Part shown: positions 10,502 through 21,079 of the stretch, one piece after another
Layout: each line of letters starts with the position of its first letter
How positions within the stretch are numbered: position 1 is the first letter of the stretch
Origin: Tetramitus jugosus
Lineage: Eukaryota; Protista; Heterolobosea
Assembly (NCBI GenBank): GCA_937625935.1
Contig: OW569360.1
Coordinates: forward strand, 372,001 to 436,000
Length of the DNA stretch: 64,000 nucleotides
Direction of reading: 5' to 3'
The notes under the pieces: generated by a model
Told to the model about the DNA's origin: nothing
Seen by the model: only the letters and a program-made list of their open reading frames with translations
Databases searched by the model: none
Translations under genes and position numbers: made by a program

Positions 10502-11283
10502 ATGCATCGCTGTCTCACCTCTCAAGCAAGATGCCACTTGTTGACATCGTCACGCTCTCTGATTCAAGCAAGAACCATCATTCCATCCACATTCACAATC
10601 TCTAATAATTCATCATTGCAAGTTGACACATTCACCAACAATCATCATGTGAGATCAATGGCTTGGAGCAGAAGCAAGAAACCAAAGAGTAAACAAGTCA
10701 GAGAAAAGCTTGCCGCAGATTTTCGTAAGTATTATCCGTTTTTTTTTGTGGTATCATGTTTGAGCAAACACACAACTCACACGATGATTTTTTTTGCATT
10801 TGCTTTTTTTGTGTGTGTTGGTTCAAATGATGATTAGCAATGAGCAAGAGACTGGATCACTTTTTCATGTACAAGGAGGAAGGTCGTCTACCAACGATGC
10901 ACTTTGAGCTATACAAGGAATTCTTGTTCTATTGCGTCATGGAGGCCATTGCTGATCCACAGTCATGCGACAAGGCATTTGAGATTGCAAGAGCAGCCGA
11001 ACAGTTGGCAGGACACAAGTTGGACATTGAAGCTTACACATACTTGATCCAAGTTTGTGCTTTGAACAGAAAGATTGATGATGTGGAGAGCTTGTGGAAG
11101 GAAATGGACGAGAAGCAAGTCGCAAAGGACAATCAACAAGTTTATGGCGCTATTTTGCGTGCTTTTTGCTTGGTTGATAACGAAGCAAGATGCAAGGAAT
11201 TGTTTGCTGAGATGCTACAGAAGGGATTGATGCCAAAGTTTGTGACCTTTGAGCGTATTTACAGAAACTTGAAATACCTCTAA
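10502..11283 (+). CDS. Mitochondrial PPR protein (exons 10502-10724, 10838-11283)
   Basis: GTAAGT...TTAG intron 10725-10837 restores frame; PPR motifs AYTYLIQVC..LWKEM and VYGAILRAFC..LFAEMLQKGLMP; presequence-like N-terminus. Confidence 0.8.
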
Positions 11284-11642
11284 TCTCTCTCAAACCGAAC
11301 AACAACAAAAAACAACATGCAATAAAATTTCAATTACAATTTATGTCAAACCAATTTGAAGGAGTATTCTACTTCTTGAACGTTGAAGGCTACTTTCTCA
11401 AAATAGAATTGGCTTCCCATAAAGCCTACAACGACACGACAATGTTTTCGTCTTCCAACATCCGGTGGATTTTGCGCGCCATTCAAAAACAGCGAAAAGT
11501 TGTTGAAATCGGAAATCCACGATAAAAAAAAGCAAAAAATAAATCAAGGAAAAACTAACTCACTGCCTCATACTCGTACGAAACAAGTAAGGTAAACCAA
11601 CCACTCATTCTTTTTTTTAACAACAGGTAACAAACAGCAACT

Positions 11643-14600
11643 ATGGAGAAAATCCTAGATTTTACACAACCGTACAATGTAGCTCTCTTTGATCAGGTCG
11701 TGGCTGCTGCGTTTGGTGGCTCACCACAAGAGGTTCGTAATTTATCAACCTACCTTACTCTTGAAAACAACAATTCGCATACTCACACATTGACTCTTTC
11801 TCTCTCACATCATCACCATTATCATCATCGTCACATACACATACACATGTACAGATTCAAACAGGTCAAAAAGTTTTGGCTGCATTCAAACAAAATCCAA
11901 ACGCATGGCACGTTTCCAAAGCAATTTTGGAGCAGAGCAGGAATCCACAGGCAAAGTACCTTGCCCTTCAAGTATTGGAGGATGTCATTTTGTACAAGTG
12001 GAAAATTTTATCAGCAGAAGATCGTGAAGGAATGAAAAATTTCATTATTGTGACTGTTGTCAACTCGTGCAAGGACGAGCGACAAATGCAAGCTGACAGG
12101 CTCTGTATCAACAAGTTGAACGAAGTTTTGGTTCAAATTGTGAAGCAAGAGTGGCCACAAAATTGGAAGAATTTTATTCCTGAAATTGTCAGTTCATCCA
12201 AGCTCTCTGAATTGTTGTGCCGTAACAACATGAAGATCTTGAAGCTATTGAGGTATGGATTGGGATTTGATGATGAATTTTTTCAGTTGGCAAGTATTGT
12301 GAATGAATATGATTGTTCTGACACCTCTTTTTTTGTATCAATGTGTGCGTGTGACGCTCAACAAAAAAATGACTCGTTGAATGATCCCGCGGGTACGTTT
12401 CAATAGTGAGGAAGTATTTGATTTTTCAGGTGGTAAGATGACTCAAGACAAAATCATTGAGAAGAAGACGGGATTGAAGGATGAGTTTGCACAAATTTAT
12501 GAATTATGTGATTTTGTGCTAAAGAACGCATCGAACAGTGGGTTGATCTCCTCTACATTGCAAACATTGCAGAGCTTTATTCATTGGATCTCTCCACAGT
12601 ACATTTTTGAAACACAAATGTTGGAGGCTTTGATCATGAAGGTAATTTACAGATTTATACATATTTTCACTTGTGAGTGGTGATGGTCGCTAATATTCTA
12701 TCGTTTTATATCTATTAGTTTTTGCCAGTGGAACAATTTAGAAACGATGTGATTAGATGTTTGACCGAAATTGCTAGCTTAACGAATCATGGCTACAACA
12801 ATCATCTTGCCCTTCTCTTTAAAACTGTCATGACCAAAATTGTTGACATTATACCGCCAAATACTGATATTCCAAGAGCACACAGAGACGGAAATGAAAA
12901 CACTGAACAATTTATCTCTGCTCTTGGTTTGTTTTTAACAACATTCTTCAAGAATCATTTGCCACTTGTTGAGAATGATGCTTTGAAGGGTTATTTGATT
13001 CAAGCTCACTTTTATCTGGTTTCAATCAGTGAAGTTGATGATAAGGAATTGTTTAAAACATGTCTGGAATATTGGGATTATTTGGCTCAAAGTTTATATT
13101 TTTCTGAGAAGAAGGAAAAGGAGCAGCAAGGTGCACAACACAGTAGCTTGATGTTGGGTTATGAAAATATGCCAACTCAGAGACAAGCTCCATATGCTGA
13201 AGTATTGTCCAGATTAAGAACTGTTTTGATTTCAAAGATGGCCAAACCAGAAGAGGTGATCATTGTTGAGGATGAAAATGGTCAGGTGATCAAAGAGTAC
13301 ATGAAAGATGTCGACTCTATTGCTTTGTACAAAAACATGAAGGAGACATTGATTTATTTGACTCATTTGAACGCTGGTGACACTGAACGAATCATGTTGC
13401 GCAAGTTGCAAGATCAAATGAACCAATACGGATTCAACCGTAATAATTTGAATACTTTGTGTTGGGCAATTGGATCTATCAGTGGTGCAATGGACGTCAG
13501 AGATGAGAAGCGTTTCCTTGTGTCTGTTATCAAGGATTTATTGAACTTGTGTGAAAATGCAAAGGGCAAGGAAAATAAGGCTGTCGTTGCTAGTAACATC
13601 ATGTATGTTGTTGGTCAATACCCTAGATTTTTGCTCGAGCATTGGAAGTTCTTGAAGACCGTTGTGAACAAGTTGTTCGAGTTCATGCATGAGTCATTCC
13701 CTGGTGTTCAAGAGATGGCTTGTGAAACCTTTGTTAAGCTTGCAAAGAAGTGTCGCAGAAAGTTTGTGACGACTCAAGCTGCTGAAGCTAGACCATTCGT
13801 CGAGGATATTTTGCAAGACTTGCTTGGCATCATCAGCGATTTGGAGCCATCTCATGTTCAAGTATTTTATGAAGCAATTGGTCACATGATCCAATCCGCA
13901 GATCCTCAATACCAAGAACCTCTGATTGCAAAGTTGATGACAATGCCTAATGCCAGATGGTCAACAATCATGACTGAAGCAATGAAGAATGCACAGTCCT
14001 TAACCAATAACGAGGTAGTTAGAGATCTTGTTAACTTGTTGAAGACCAATGTTTGCACCGCCAAGTCTGTTGGATCCAGTTTCATCTCTCAAATAAGCCG
14101 CATCTTCAGAGAAATGTTGGAGGTCTATAAGTTGTACAGCACCATCATCACTGAGGAAATTAAGAGAGTTGGTCCTATTGTTACTCAGCACGCAAATGTT
14201 AAGATGATGAGAGCTGTGAAGAAAGAGGTGTTGAAACTTGTGGAGACATTTATTGTCAGTGCTAAGAATACTCAAGTTGTTGCCCAAAGTTTCATTCCAC
14301 CACTTCTAGAAGCAACTCTCGGAGATTATCATATGAGTGTGAACGAGGCCAAAGACCCTGGTGTATTGTCTCTGCTCTCTGTTGCTATCAATAAGCTCAA
14401 GGAGGAAATGTTGCCTTATCTGCCAAGGATTGTAGAGAGTGTGCTTGAGTGTACGCTGCCTCTGATCACAAAGAACTTTGAAGACTTCCCAGAACACAGA
14501 GTGAACTTGTTCAACTTGTTGCGCGCAATTAACAAGCACTGCTTCCAATCCTTCTTCCAAATTTCATCTGGAGTGTTCAAGCTAATTATTGACTCTGTTC

Positions 14601-15166
14601 TATGGGCTGTCAAGCATCAACATACTCACATATTTGAAACTGGATTGAATATTTTGCTCGAAATGTTGACGAACGTGAGTCGAATTTCTGATGTGAATGC
14701 TCAATCAAGCTTCTATAGAAGTTTCTTCCTATCGATTTTACATGACGTATTCTATGTGCTGACTGACACCATGCACAAGTCCGCATTTGATATTGAAGCA
14801 GCCATTCTATTCCATCTTTTCGGCATACTGCAGACAGGAAAAGTATCTGTGCCTGTGTATGACACGACCGGAATGCAATCACTGCCATCGAATCAGGATT
14901 TCATTAAGAATGATTTGGCAAATATGCTACCAAAAACCTTCCCTAACCTGACTCCACAACAAGTGTACAACTTTATAACTGCACTTTTTGAGTCATCCAA
15001 CAACGAGGAGCAATTCAAGGTTCGATTGAGAGATTTCCTCGTTCAAATGAAGGAGTACAGCGAATATTTTTTGCAGGCCGAACTAGAGAAGAGAAAACAG
15101 GCTGAAGAGCGAACAAAGCGAGAGTCTGTTCCTGGTCTGGCAGATGCCCAAGATTCCGCAGAGTAA
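11643..15166 (+). CDS. XPO1: Exportin-1/CRM1 (exons 11643-11732, 11855-12252, 12407-12641, 12719-15166)
   Basis: Three GT-AG introns join frames; KMAKPEEV, LCWAIGSISG, NIMYVVGQYPRFL, HWKFLKTVVNKLFEFMHE. Confidence 0.95.
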
Positions 15167-15168
15167 GT

Positions 15169-15720
15169 TCACAAGAGTAATATAACTGAGCTCAGCCAAA
15201 TAAAACCCTTTTTTTCAAAGTCCTCTCTATGCGCATGTGAATAGAAACACCGCTTTATTGCCTTACAATTTGTCCACCATGTAGACTGTATTAACTCTCT
15301 CGCATAGCATTTAGATCTCAACTTCTCAAAAGCTGCACCAATGAATGTTCCAATATAGAGAGGTCTACCTTTCTCATACTGATATTCTTTGTTCACATCA
15401 AGACTTTCTTGGAATGTTTACGCTGGTGTCAGATTATTGTACAAACCTGGTAGGCTCTACCAATGAATGTTATCACTGTACCATTATTTACATTCAGAAG
15501 CGCGGTTTAACACCAAGTACTTTATCAATTCCAGCACCTGGGATAGCTTCATTGGCTTTACCTTGTTCGTCTAACCATGCTGTTCTTGCTTCAGATATTA
15601 ACATACCTCCAGATGAAAAACGAAGATAGATTTTGCTCCATGTACAATTAAGCTCCAAACATAATCTTCATGGTCTTGTGCCTTAACAGGATCATACCAT
15701 ACGTAAATGAAGAATTATCA
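15169..15720 (-). pseudogene. Possible degraded gene fragments
   Basis: Short protein-like segments in shifting frames on the minus strand (YVWYDPVKAQDHEDYVWSL; SSGGMLISEARTAWLDEQGKANEAIPGAGIDKVLGV) interrupted by stops. Confidence 0.3.
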
Positions 15721-15822
15721 TATCAATAAAACTTTCATTTTGGAACCTTCAACACTTTACATTTTTACAGACCAACAGAATCGGTTACAAACATAAATTC
15801 AACAATTAAAGAGGAAATATTT

Positions 15823-16668
15823 ATGGTGATGGTGGAGAAGAAGCCTATCAATGAGCAAACGATTCTCAAGTGTCAGTTTGGATGTGATTTGCAATTCGTA
15901 ATTGGTATGAAGGCGCTTGATGGGACTGAGACATTCTTTGAGGACATTTTCTATGATATCACAAAGGAAGGTCTCAAACTCCTAGCTAATTTGAACATAT
16001 GGTTGAGGAAGCGAGTATTCGAGAATGGTAGTGTAGAATGGTCATTGAAGAGAGTGAATCCACAAGAAAAGGATCAAGCAGAAATTGAATATAATAACAG
16101 TACAGAAGAAACAAGAATATTGGCATCATTGAACTCACAATTTAATTGGAACTATGATTGCCTGAATGACTTGGTGGAAAAGGAATTATTTGAAACAAGA
16201 GTTCTTCCTACTTCGAGAATTTCACGGACAATGGATGAAGGATTTACTCTTGCTGTAGATTGTTCACAAGTTAAGGAAGAGCAGTATACACTAGTTGGAT
16301 CACTTTCTTTCGACATGACGAATGCATCTCAGGTTGTTATTCATCAACACTTTAGGCAGAAACTGACTGAATTTGGGGCAATTTGTAACATCCAATATCC
16401 TATTTTCAGTAAGGTCATTGAAAGCTACCGAGTATTAGAACCACAAGAGTTTGAGCATTTGTGTAGAGAAATTGTTCCACCAATTGCTACGAAAGGTAAT
16501 AGTTACAAGGTAGATATCATCAAGGAGTTTAATGTTGTGCGATACGACATTAATAAAGATAGAGAGCGCTGGTATAAGGAACTTCAGAGTTTGGACTGGG
16601 ATGTGGATGCAAACGAAGAAGGAGACGACTTGAAGTTTACCTTTGTAGAAGAGAAGTTTCTCGAGTAA
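15823..16668 (+). CDS. CYTH/thiamine-triphosphatase-like protein
   Basis: N-terminal VEKK, FEDIFYD, IWLRKR, EWSLKR, RISRT, LAVD, SKV pattern matches the CYTH tunnel fold. Confidence 0.6.
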   Translation: MVMVEKKPINEQTILKCQFGCDLQFVIGMKALDGTETFFEDIFYDITKEGLKLLANLNIWLRKRVFENGSVEWSLKRVNPQEKDQAEIEYNNSTEETRILASLNSQFNWNYDCLNDLVEKELFETRVLPTSRISRTMDEGFTLAVDCSQVKEEQYTLVGSLSFDMTNASQVVIHQHFRQKLTEFGAICNIQYPIFSKVIESYRVLEPQEFEHLCREIVPPIATKGNSYKVDIIKEFNVVRYDINKDRERWYKELQSLDWDVDANEEGDDLKFTFVEEKFLE

Positions 16669-16930
16669 ATGAAACTTTGGGCACTATAATATGCCACAAA
16701 CCACTGTACTTACAAGGATGCATCAACATACAAACCACTGACCGCACTAAAAGATATTCCTCAACAACTTTCAACAATGATATGTGCTTCCAATTATTGA
16801 GTGGATCCTATGTAAGGAAAACAAAACTCCCATCTTCCACTCGGGAATCCCATTTTCATTTCAAACAACAAAAGTTAACAATAATTGGAAACCTAGTTAG
16901 TATTTACTACATGTTTACAAGTTAAAAAGT

Positions 16931-17161
16931 TCAATGAGAAACAGTTCGTTTTTCGAGGGTGTTTTTCGAGCTGGTTCTACCCTTCTTCTTGCTCATCAAC
17001 CCAGATAGAGCTGCTCTTGACAATGCAGTTTCATTGTAGTTAATATTTCTTCTCGTTCTTGTTCCCTTTGCAATAATGTTCTTTGGTGAGAGGTTGCTTG
17101 GTTCCTTGAGGGAGCACTTCTTGATCATGTTTCTTCTTGAGGAGGTATTTGAGCTGGCCAT
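16931..17161 (-). CDS. Small basic protein with CHZ-like motif
   Basis: 76-aa ORF after CAA-rich leader; LSPKNIIAKGTRTRRNINY resembles the CHZ motif (NII..GRRTRG..IDY). Confidence 0.5.
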   Translation of the reverse strand: MASSNTSSRRNMIKKCSLKEPSNLSPKNIIAKGTRTRRNINYNETALSRAALSGLMSKKKGRTSSKNTLEKRTVSH

Positions 17162-17795
17162 TGTGTTTTTGGATTGTATTTTGTGAGTTGGGTTTTGTTG
17201 GTTGTTTGTTACTTAAGTATGTTTTTTCTTGTCAACAACAGATTCACTTGGTCGATTGACATAAATGTTCATTTTTCATTTCCAGACAATTTTGTCCTTT
17301 CCATTCTTTTGTAGATCAGGAACTTTCGCAGAGGAACTTTTTTTTGAAGCGGACACACAAACCACATTGATCTGGTGGTCTTTGTCAGACTTCTTTCGTG
17401 TTTTAATCTCCAAGCGATCGAGGTACCAATGGGGTTTGAGCACCAATCCAACTCAGATAACACACCAGTTTGAAGACCTCATAGTGCACGGTGGCAAAGC
17501 CACTGGTGGATCAGAGCTCTATTCCGAGTTTCTGATCCATTTTCTTATCAATAAAACAGAAGTTTTTCAATTCAAGACATGCTGTGTCATTGATAGGCTG
17601 GGTATTCTTTTCTCTTCTAGTTGTGTTGAGACTGCTGAAGGAGTTGATTCATTTATGGACGAAAACTCCGAAAAGGAATCGGGCAATAACTATCAATACA
17701 ATGATTCAAAATCAAAGGAGTTTGATTGTTGTTTAAAATGTGACAATTACGTGCCTGGGAATGCAATACAATCAAAACACAACAAATAATTGAGA

Positions 17796-18374
17796 ATGAA
17801 AACCAACTTCCTTGTATTAATTGCAATTGTAATTGCTTTCTTTGGATACACGACTGGCTCTGTCCAAACTCTGTACTGTGGAAAGTACCAATGCCCAGCA
17901 AGTGACTTGTGCTGCAGATACAATGTGATTGGAAGTCGACAACAGTGTTACAACCCTTCCACCCATTCGTGCTATTCTGACAAGTACAAGCCAAAACAGA
18001 ACTGTCTCTGTGCAAAGAATGATAAATGTTGCAATGGTGTGTGTTACAACACTGCCAAATTCTTTTGTGACTTGAAAACAGGTACCATCAAGAAACGACT
18101 CTATTCGACAAAGGTTTCTCGAAAAACTACACACACCAATCCAAATCAGTGCGGAACCTTCCAATGTGCCTCTTCTGATTTATGCTGCCACAACAATATT
18201 ATTGGTGCGTATAGGGATGTCTGTTACTCTGCCGCCACTCATGGTTGCAACGCTGATCTATACAATCCATCATACAATTGTCTGTGTGGAATCCGTGATG
18301 CTTGTTGCAACGGTGTTTGCTTCGACAAGTACCTCTACAAGTGCAGTTATGGAAAAGTGGTTCAATTGAAGTAA
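17796..18374 (+). CDS. Secreted Cys-rich protein with two ~80-aa tandem domains (CBM52/Carb_bind-like)
   Basis: Signal peptide; repeated CGxxQCxxSDLCC...CY..THxC..D.Y.P..NCLC...D.CCNGVC(Y/F). Confidence 0.75.
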   Translation: MKTNFLVLIAIVIAFFGYTTGSVQTLYCGKYQCPASDLCCRYNVIGSRQQCYNPSTHSCYSDKYKPKQNCLCAKNDKCCNGVCYNTAKFFCDLKTGTIKKRLYSTKVSRKTTHTNPNQCGTFQCASSDLCCHNNIIGAYRDVCYSAATHGCNADLYNPSYNCLCGIRDACCNGVCFDKYLYKCSYGKVVQLK

Positions 18375-18717
18375 CTTCTCTTATAAATCAAAATTTTATT
18401 CTAGCAAATCTATCTCGCTTGTGTATCGGCTGAAAAATTCAAAAAAACTCGATTCTGAGTGTCATAAAACTCAATGATTATTGGCTATTCATCGTTTCCA
18501 AGCACATAATGATCCTTGATTATTGTCGAAATATCATGAGGTCCTCTCTTGGAACCTGTGCCGAAGTGTAACTCTTTTAGCTAAAAAGGAAGTACTTCTT
18601 GGGCTTCAAAAATACACAGAACAACGTGGGAGGACATCCAGCAACTTAACATCAAGTTAATTCGCCAATCCTTGGCGAAGTCTGTCCTTGTCCTGGTCAG
18701 GTTGACAAATAGTTAAA

Positions 18718-18837
18718 AGCCTACATTACTGAGGGTTCTCGAGTAGTCTCCTATCTCAATACTAACTCAGCCAGATGGTGCTTAACTTCTCTATTCGAAA
18801 TGGGAAGAGGTGGTTCCACCATTGTATGAACGTAGAC
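18718..18837 (-). rRNA. 5S rRNA, single dispersed copy
   Basis: Minus strand GTCTACGTTCATAC...CCCATTTCGAATAGAGAAGTTAAGC...GAGTTAGTATTGAGATAGGAGAC...AATGTAGGC then TTTT; ends pair (helix I), ~120 nt. Confidence 0.93.
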
Positions 18838-19069
18838 ATCAAGGATGTAAATCGGAGCAACTTCCGCGCTTTCCTTAAAAAACGAATAACTCTTGATTTT
18901 CGGTAATAAACTCAAATCAACTGACAGCTGTTTCACGTGTCGTGTGGCACTGTCGAGAATCCCCGACTCTAAGGTATTCAAACAACAACAAAACAGAAAC
19001 AAGTGAGCGAACTCGAAAAAACCAACAACAAAATCAACTAACGATATTGAACGATACATTGATCAAACA

Positions 19070-20923
19070 ATGGCCGACAACGATCCAACACCGCCAACAA
19101 CAACTTCAACAACAGTTGTTGGATCCAATCAACAACAACCATCTTCTTCTTCATCTTCTTCTTCTTCTCAACAACAAACTTCTCCATTACTCACTTCCAC
19201 TACGACTGCTACTGCGACTGCCACTGCTACTGCTACGACAACGAGTAAAGATGGTGGTAGTGGTGGTGAAGAAGACATTATTGATCAAACAGAGAGAGAA
19301 GAAATGACACAAGAAAAGGAAGTGGAAGAAGCCATCAAGGATCATTACTTCAAGTGTGAATACAGGGAATTGGACGCTATTCCACATCACATACTCACGA
19401 GTAAACAATTGAGAACAGAGTTGGAAGTGTTGTTTCTCAGTAATAACAATATTGGAGGCTTCCCGTACGAGATTATCAATTTGGAAGGATTGAAGTGTCT
19501 CAACATTTCACACAACAAGATATCAACGTTGACTACGGAGTTTATGACTCTGGTGAGGTTGATTGGAGTGGATTTGTCCTATAATTTGATTGATAAGATA
19601 CCGCCTCGTTGGTTACCAAAGCTCACAGAGTTGCGCTTCTTGAATTTGGATCATAATTTGTTGCGTCAGATACCGTCGACGATATCATTGGCCAATGAAT
19701 TGACTCATTTGCAGCTCAGTGGAAATCGGTTGACATCGATACCGCCCGAGATTGGTCAATTAAAAAATTTGAGAATATTGCACTTGAAGCAGAATAAGCT
19801 AAAATCGTTGCCGAGAGAAATTTGTAAGCTAACGGGCTTGGAAGAGCTGCACTTGGATCGGAATCAACTGACTGTGTTGCCAGAGGAAATATTTTCGTCA
19901 TTGACTGCTCTCAAGCACTTTAGTTTGTCGCATAATGCCTTTAATAACTCTGACGTGTTGAAAGGAATGGACAAATTGCAGCGTATCACAAGTGTGCTCC
20001 TTGCATCGAACAAGTTTACAACACTTCCCGATTTAACATTTGCATTGGAAAAGGTAACGACATTTGACATGGCAAACAATCGGTTGACGAATATCCCAAT
20101 CGGTATATCGACTCTGTTTCCATGTATCACTTGGTTGGACCTTCAATGCAACAAACTAAATTCACTACCATTGGATTTTAACAAGTTTGTTCACTTGACA
20201 TACCTCAACGTGTGTCACAACGAACTCACAACTCTGCCTAAGGAAATTGGAGAATGTCACAATCTAGTGACATTGAAAGCCAGTCACAATCTGATTCAAG
20301 ATGTGCATCAATATTGTTTCAACACACAAATGAGCAAGCTGACTGAAGTGTTTTTGGACTTTAACAAACTTACGATACTACCCAATACCATTCATGAATG
20401 TCCGAGTCTGATGGAATTGATTGTTGAATCGAATGAACTGACAGAGCTGCCCGAGTTATTGTTCCACTCTCCAAGGTTATATTCCATTAGAGCTGCGAAC
20501 AATTGCATTGATTTGTTCCCTGCCCATATCGAAAAGTTTATCAAGCTGCGGAAGTTGTGTCTCAAGAACAATAATATCCACAAGGTGCCAAAGTCGATTG
20601 TTTATCTCAAGACACTAAAGTTCTTGAATCTAAAAGGCAACCCTATCGTGGATATTTATAACGAACAGGGATTGGAAGCTGTAGTCGACGCAGACAATCA
20701 AGAGCATGACTTGCTACACAAAAGCAATACTCCAAGAGGTGAAAAACAGACAGGCTCTGGTGCCAAGGATATGCCCGCACACCCAGATGGCCACATTCTA
20801 AATGGAGAGGACGATGAATCATCGGACAACACTGAAGAGGAGGAAGAGGAAGAACCCACCAGAACAATAGAGGACTTTCTTAAACTTCCCCCAAGAGAAC
20901 ACGTGATATGCTCAATACAATGA
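19070..20923 (+). CDS. Leucine-rich repeat protein
   Basis: Long run of LxxLxLxxNxLxxLP repeats; S/T-rich N-terminus, acidic C-terminus. Confidence 0.9.
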   Translation: MADNDPTPPTTTSTTVVGSNQQQPSSSSSSSSSQQQTSPLLTSTTTATATATATATTTSKDGGSGGEEDIIDQTEREEMTQEKEVEEAIKDHYFKCEYRELDAIPHHILTSKQLRTELEVLFLSNNNIGGFPYEIINLEGLKCLNISHNKISTLTTEFMTLVRLIGVDLSYNLIDKIPPRWLPKLTELRFLNLDHNLLRQIPSTISLANELTHLQLSGNRLTSIPPEIGQLKNLRILHLKQNKLKSLPREICKLTGLEELHLDRNQLTVLPEEIFSSLTALKHFSLSHNAFNNSDVLKGMDKLQRITSVLLASNKFTTLPDLTFALEKVTTFDMANNRLTNIPIGISTLFPCITWLDLQCNKLNSLPLDFNKFVHLTYLNVCHNELTTLPKEIGECHNLVTLKASHNLIQDVHQYCFNTQMSKLTEVFLDFNKLTILPNTIHECPSLMELIVESNELTELPELLFHSPRLYSIRAANNCIDLFPAHIEKFIKLRKLCLKNNNIHKVPKSIVYLKTLKFLNLKGNPIVDIYNEQGLEAVVDADNQEHDLLHKSNTPRGEKQTGSGAKDMPAHPDGHILNGEDDESSDNTEEEEEEEPTRTIEDFLKLPPREHVICSIQ

Positions 20924-20950
20924 CAGTTTCTGCTCAATGTTAAAAAGGAT

Positions 20951-21033
20951 CGCACTCTGTAGGATTTGAACCTACGCACGGTTTCCCGTACCTGATTTCT
21001 AGTCAGGCTCCTTGACCGCTCGGACAAGAGTGC
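20951..21033 (-). tRNA. tRNA-Ser(AGA)
   Basis: Minus strand GCACTCT TG TCCGAGCGGTCAAGGA G CCTGA CTAGAAA TCAGG, long variable arm, GTAGGTTCAAATCCTAC AGAGTGC G; T5 terminator downstream. Confidence 0.95.
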
Positions 21034-21079
21034 CAGATATGTACTAGAATCTTTGATCCATTCCCAATATAAAAATTTC

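Noticed and set aside
12265-12325. Box C (ATGATGA) and box D (CTGA) in XPO1 intron 2 suggesting a snoRNA
   Set aside because: Only ~50 nt apart, no terminal stem, no rRNA complementarity I could identify; TGATGA is very common here
17265-17789. 174-aa plus-strand ORF
   Set aside because: Composition looks like antisense of decayed minus-strand coding sequence; no motifs
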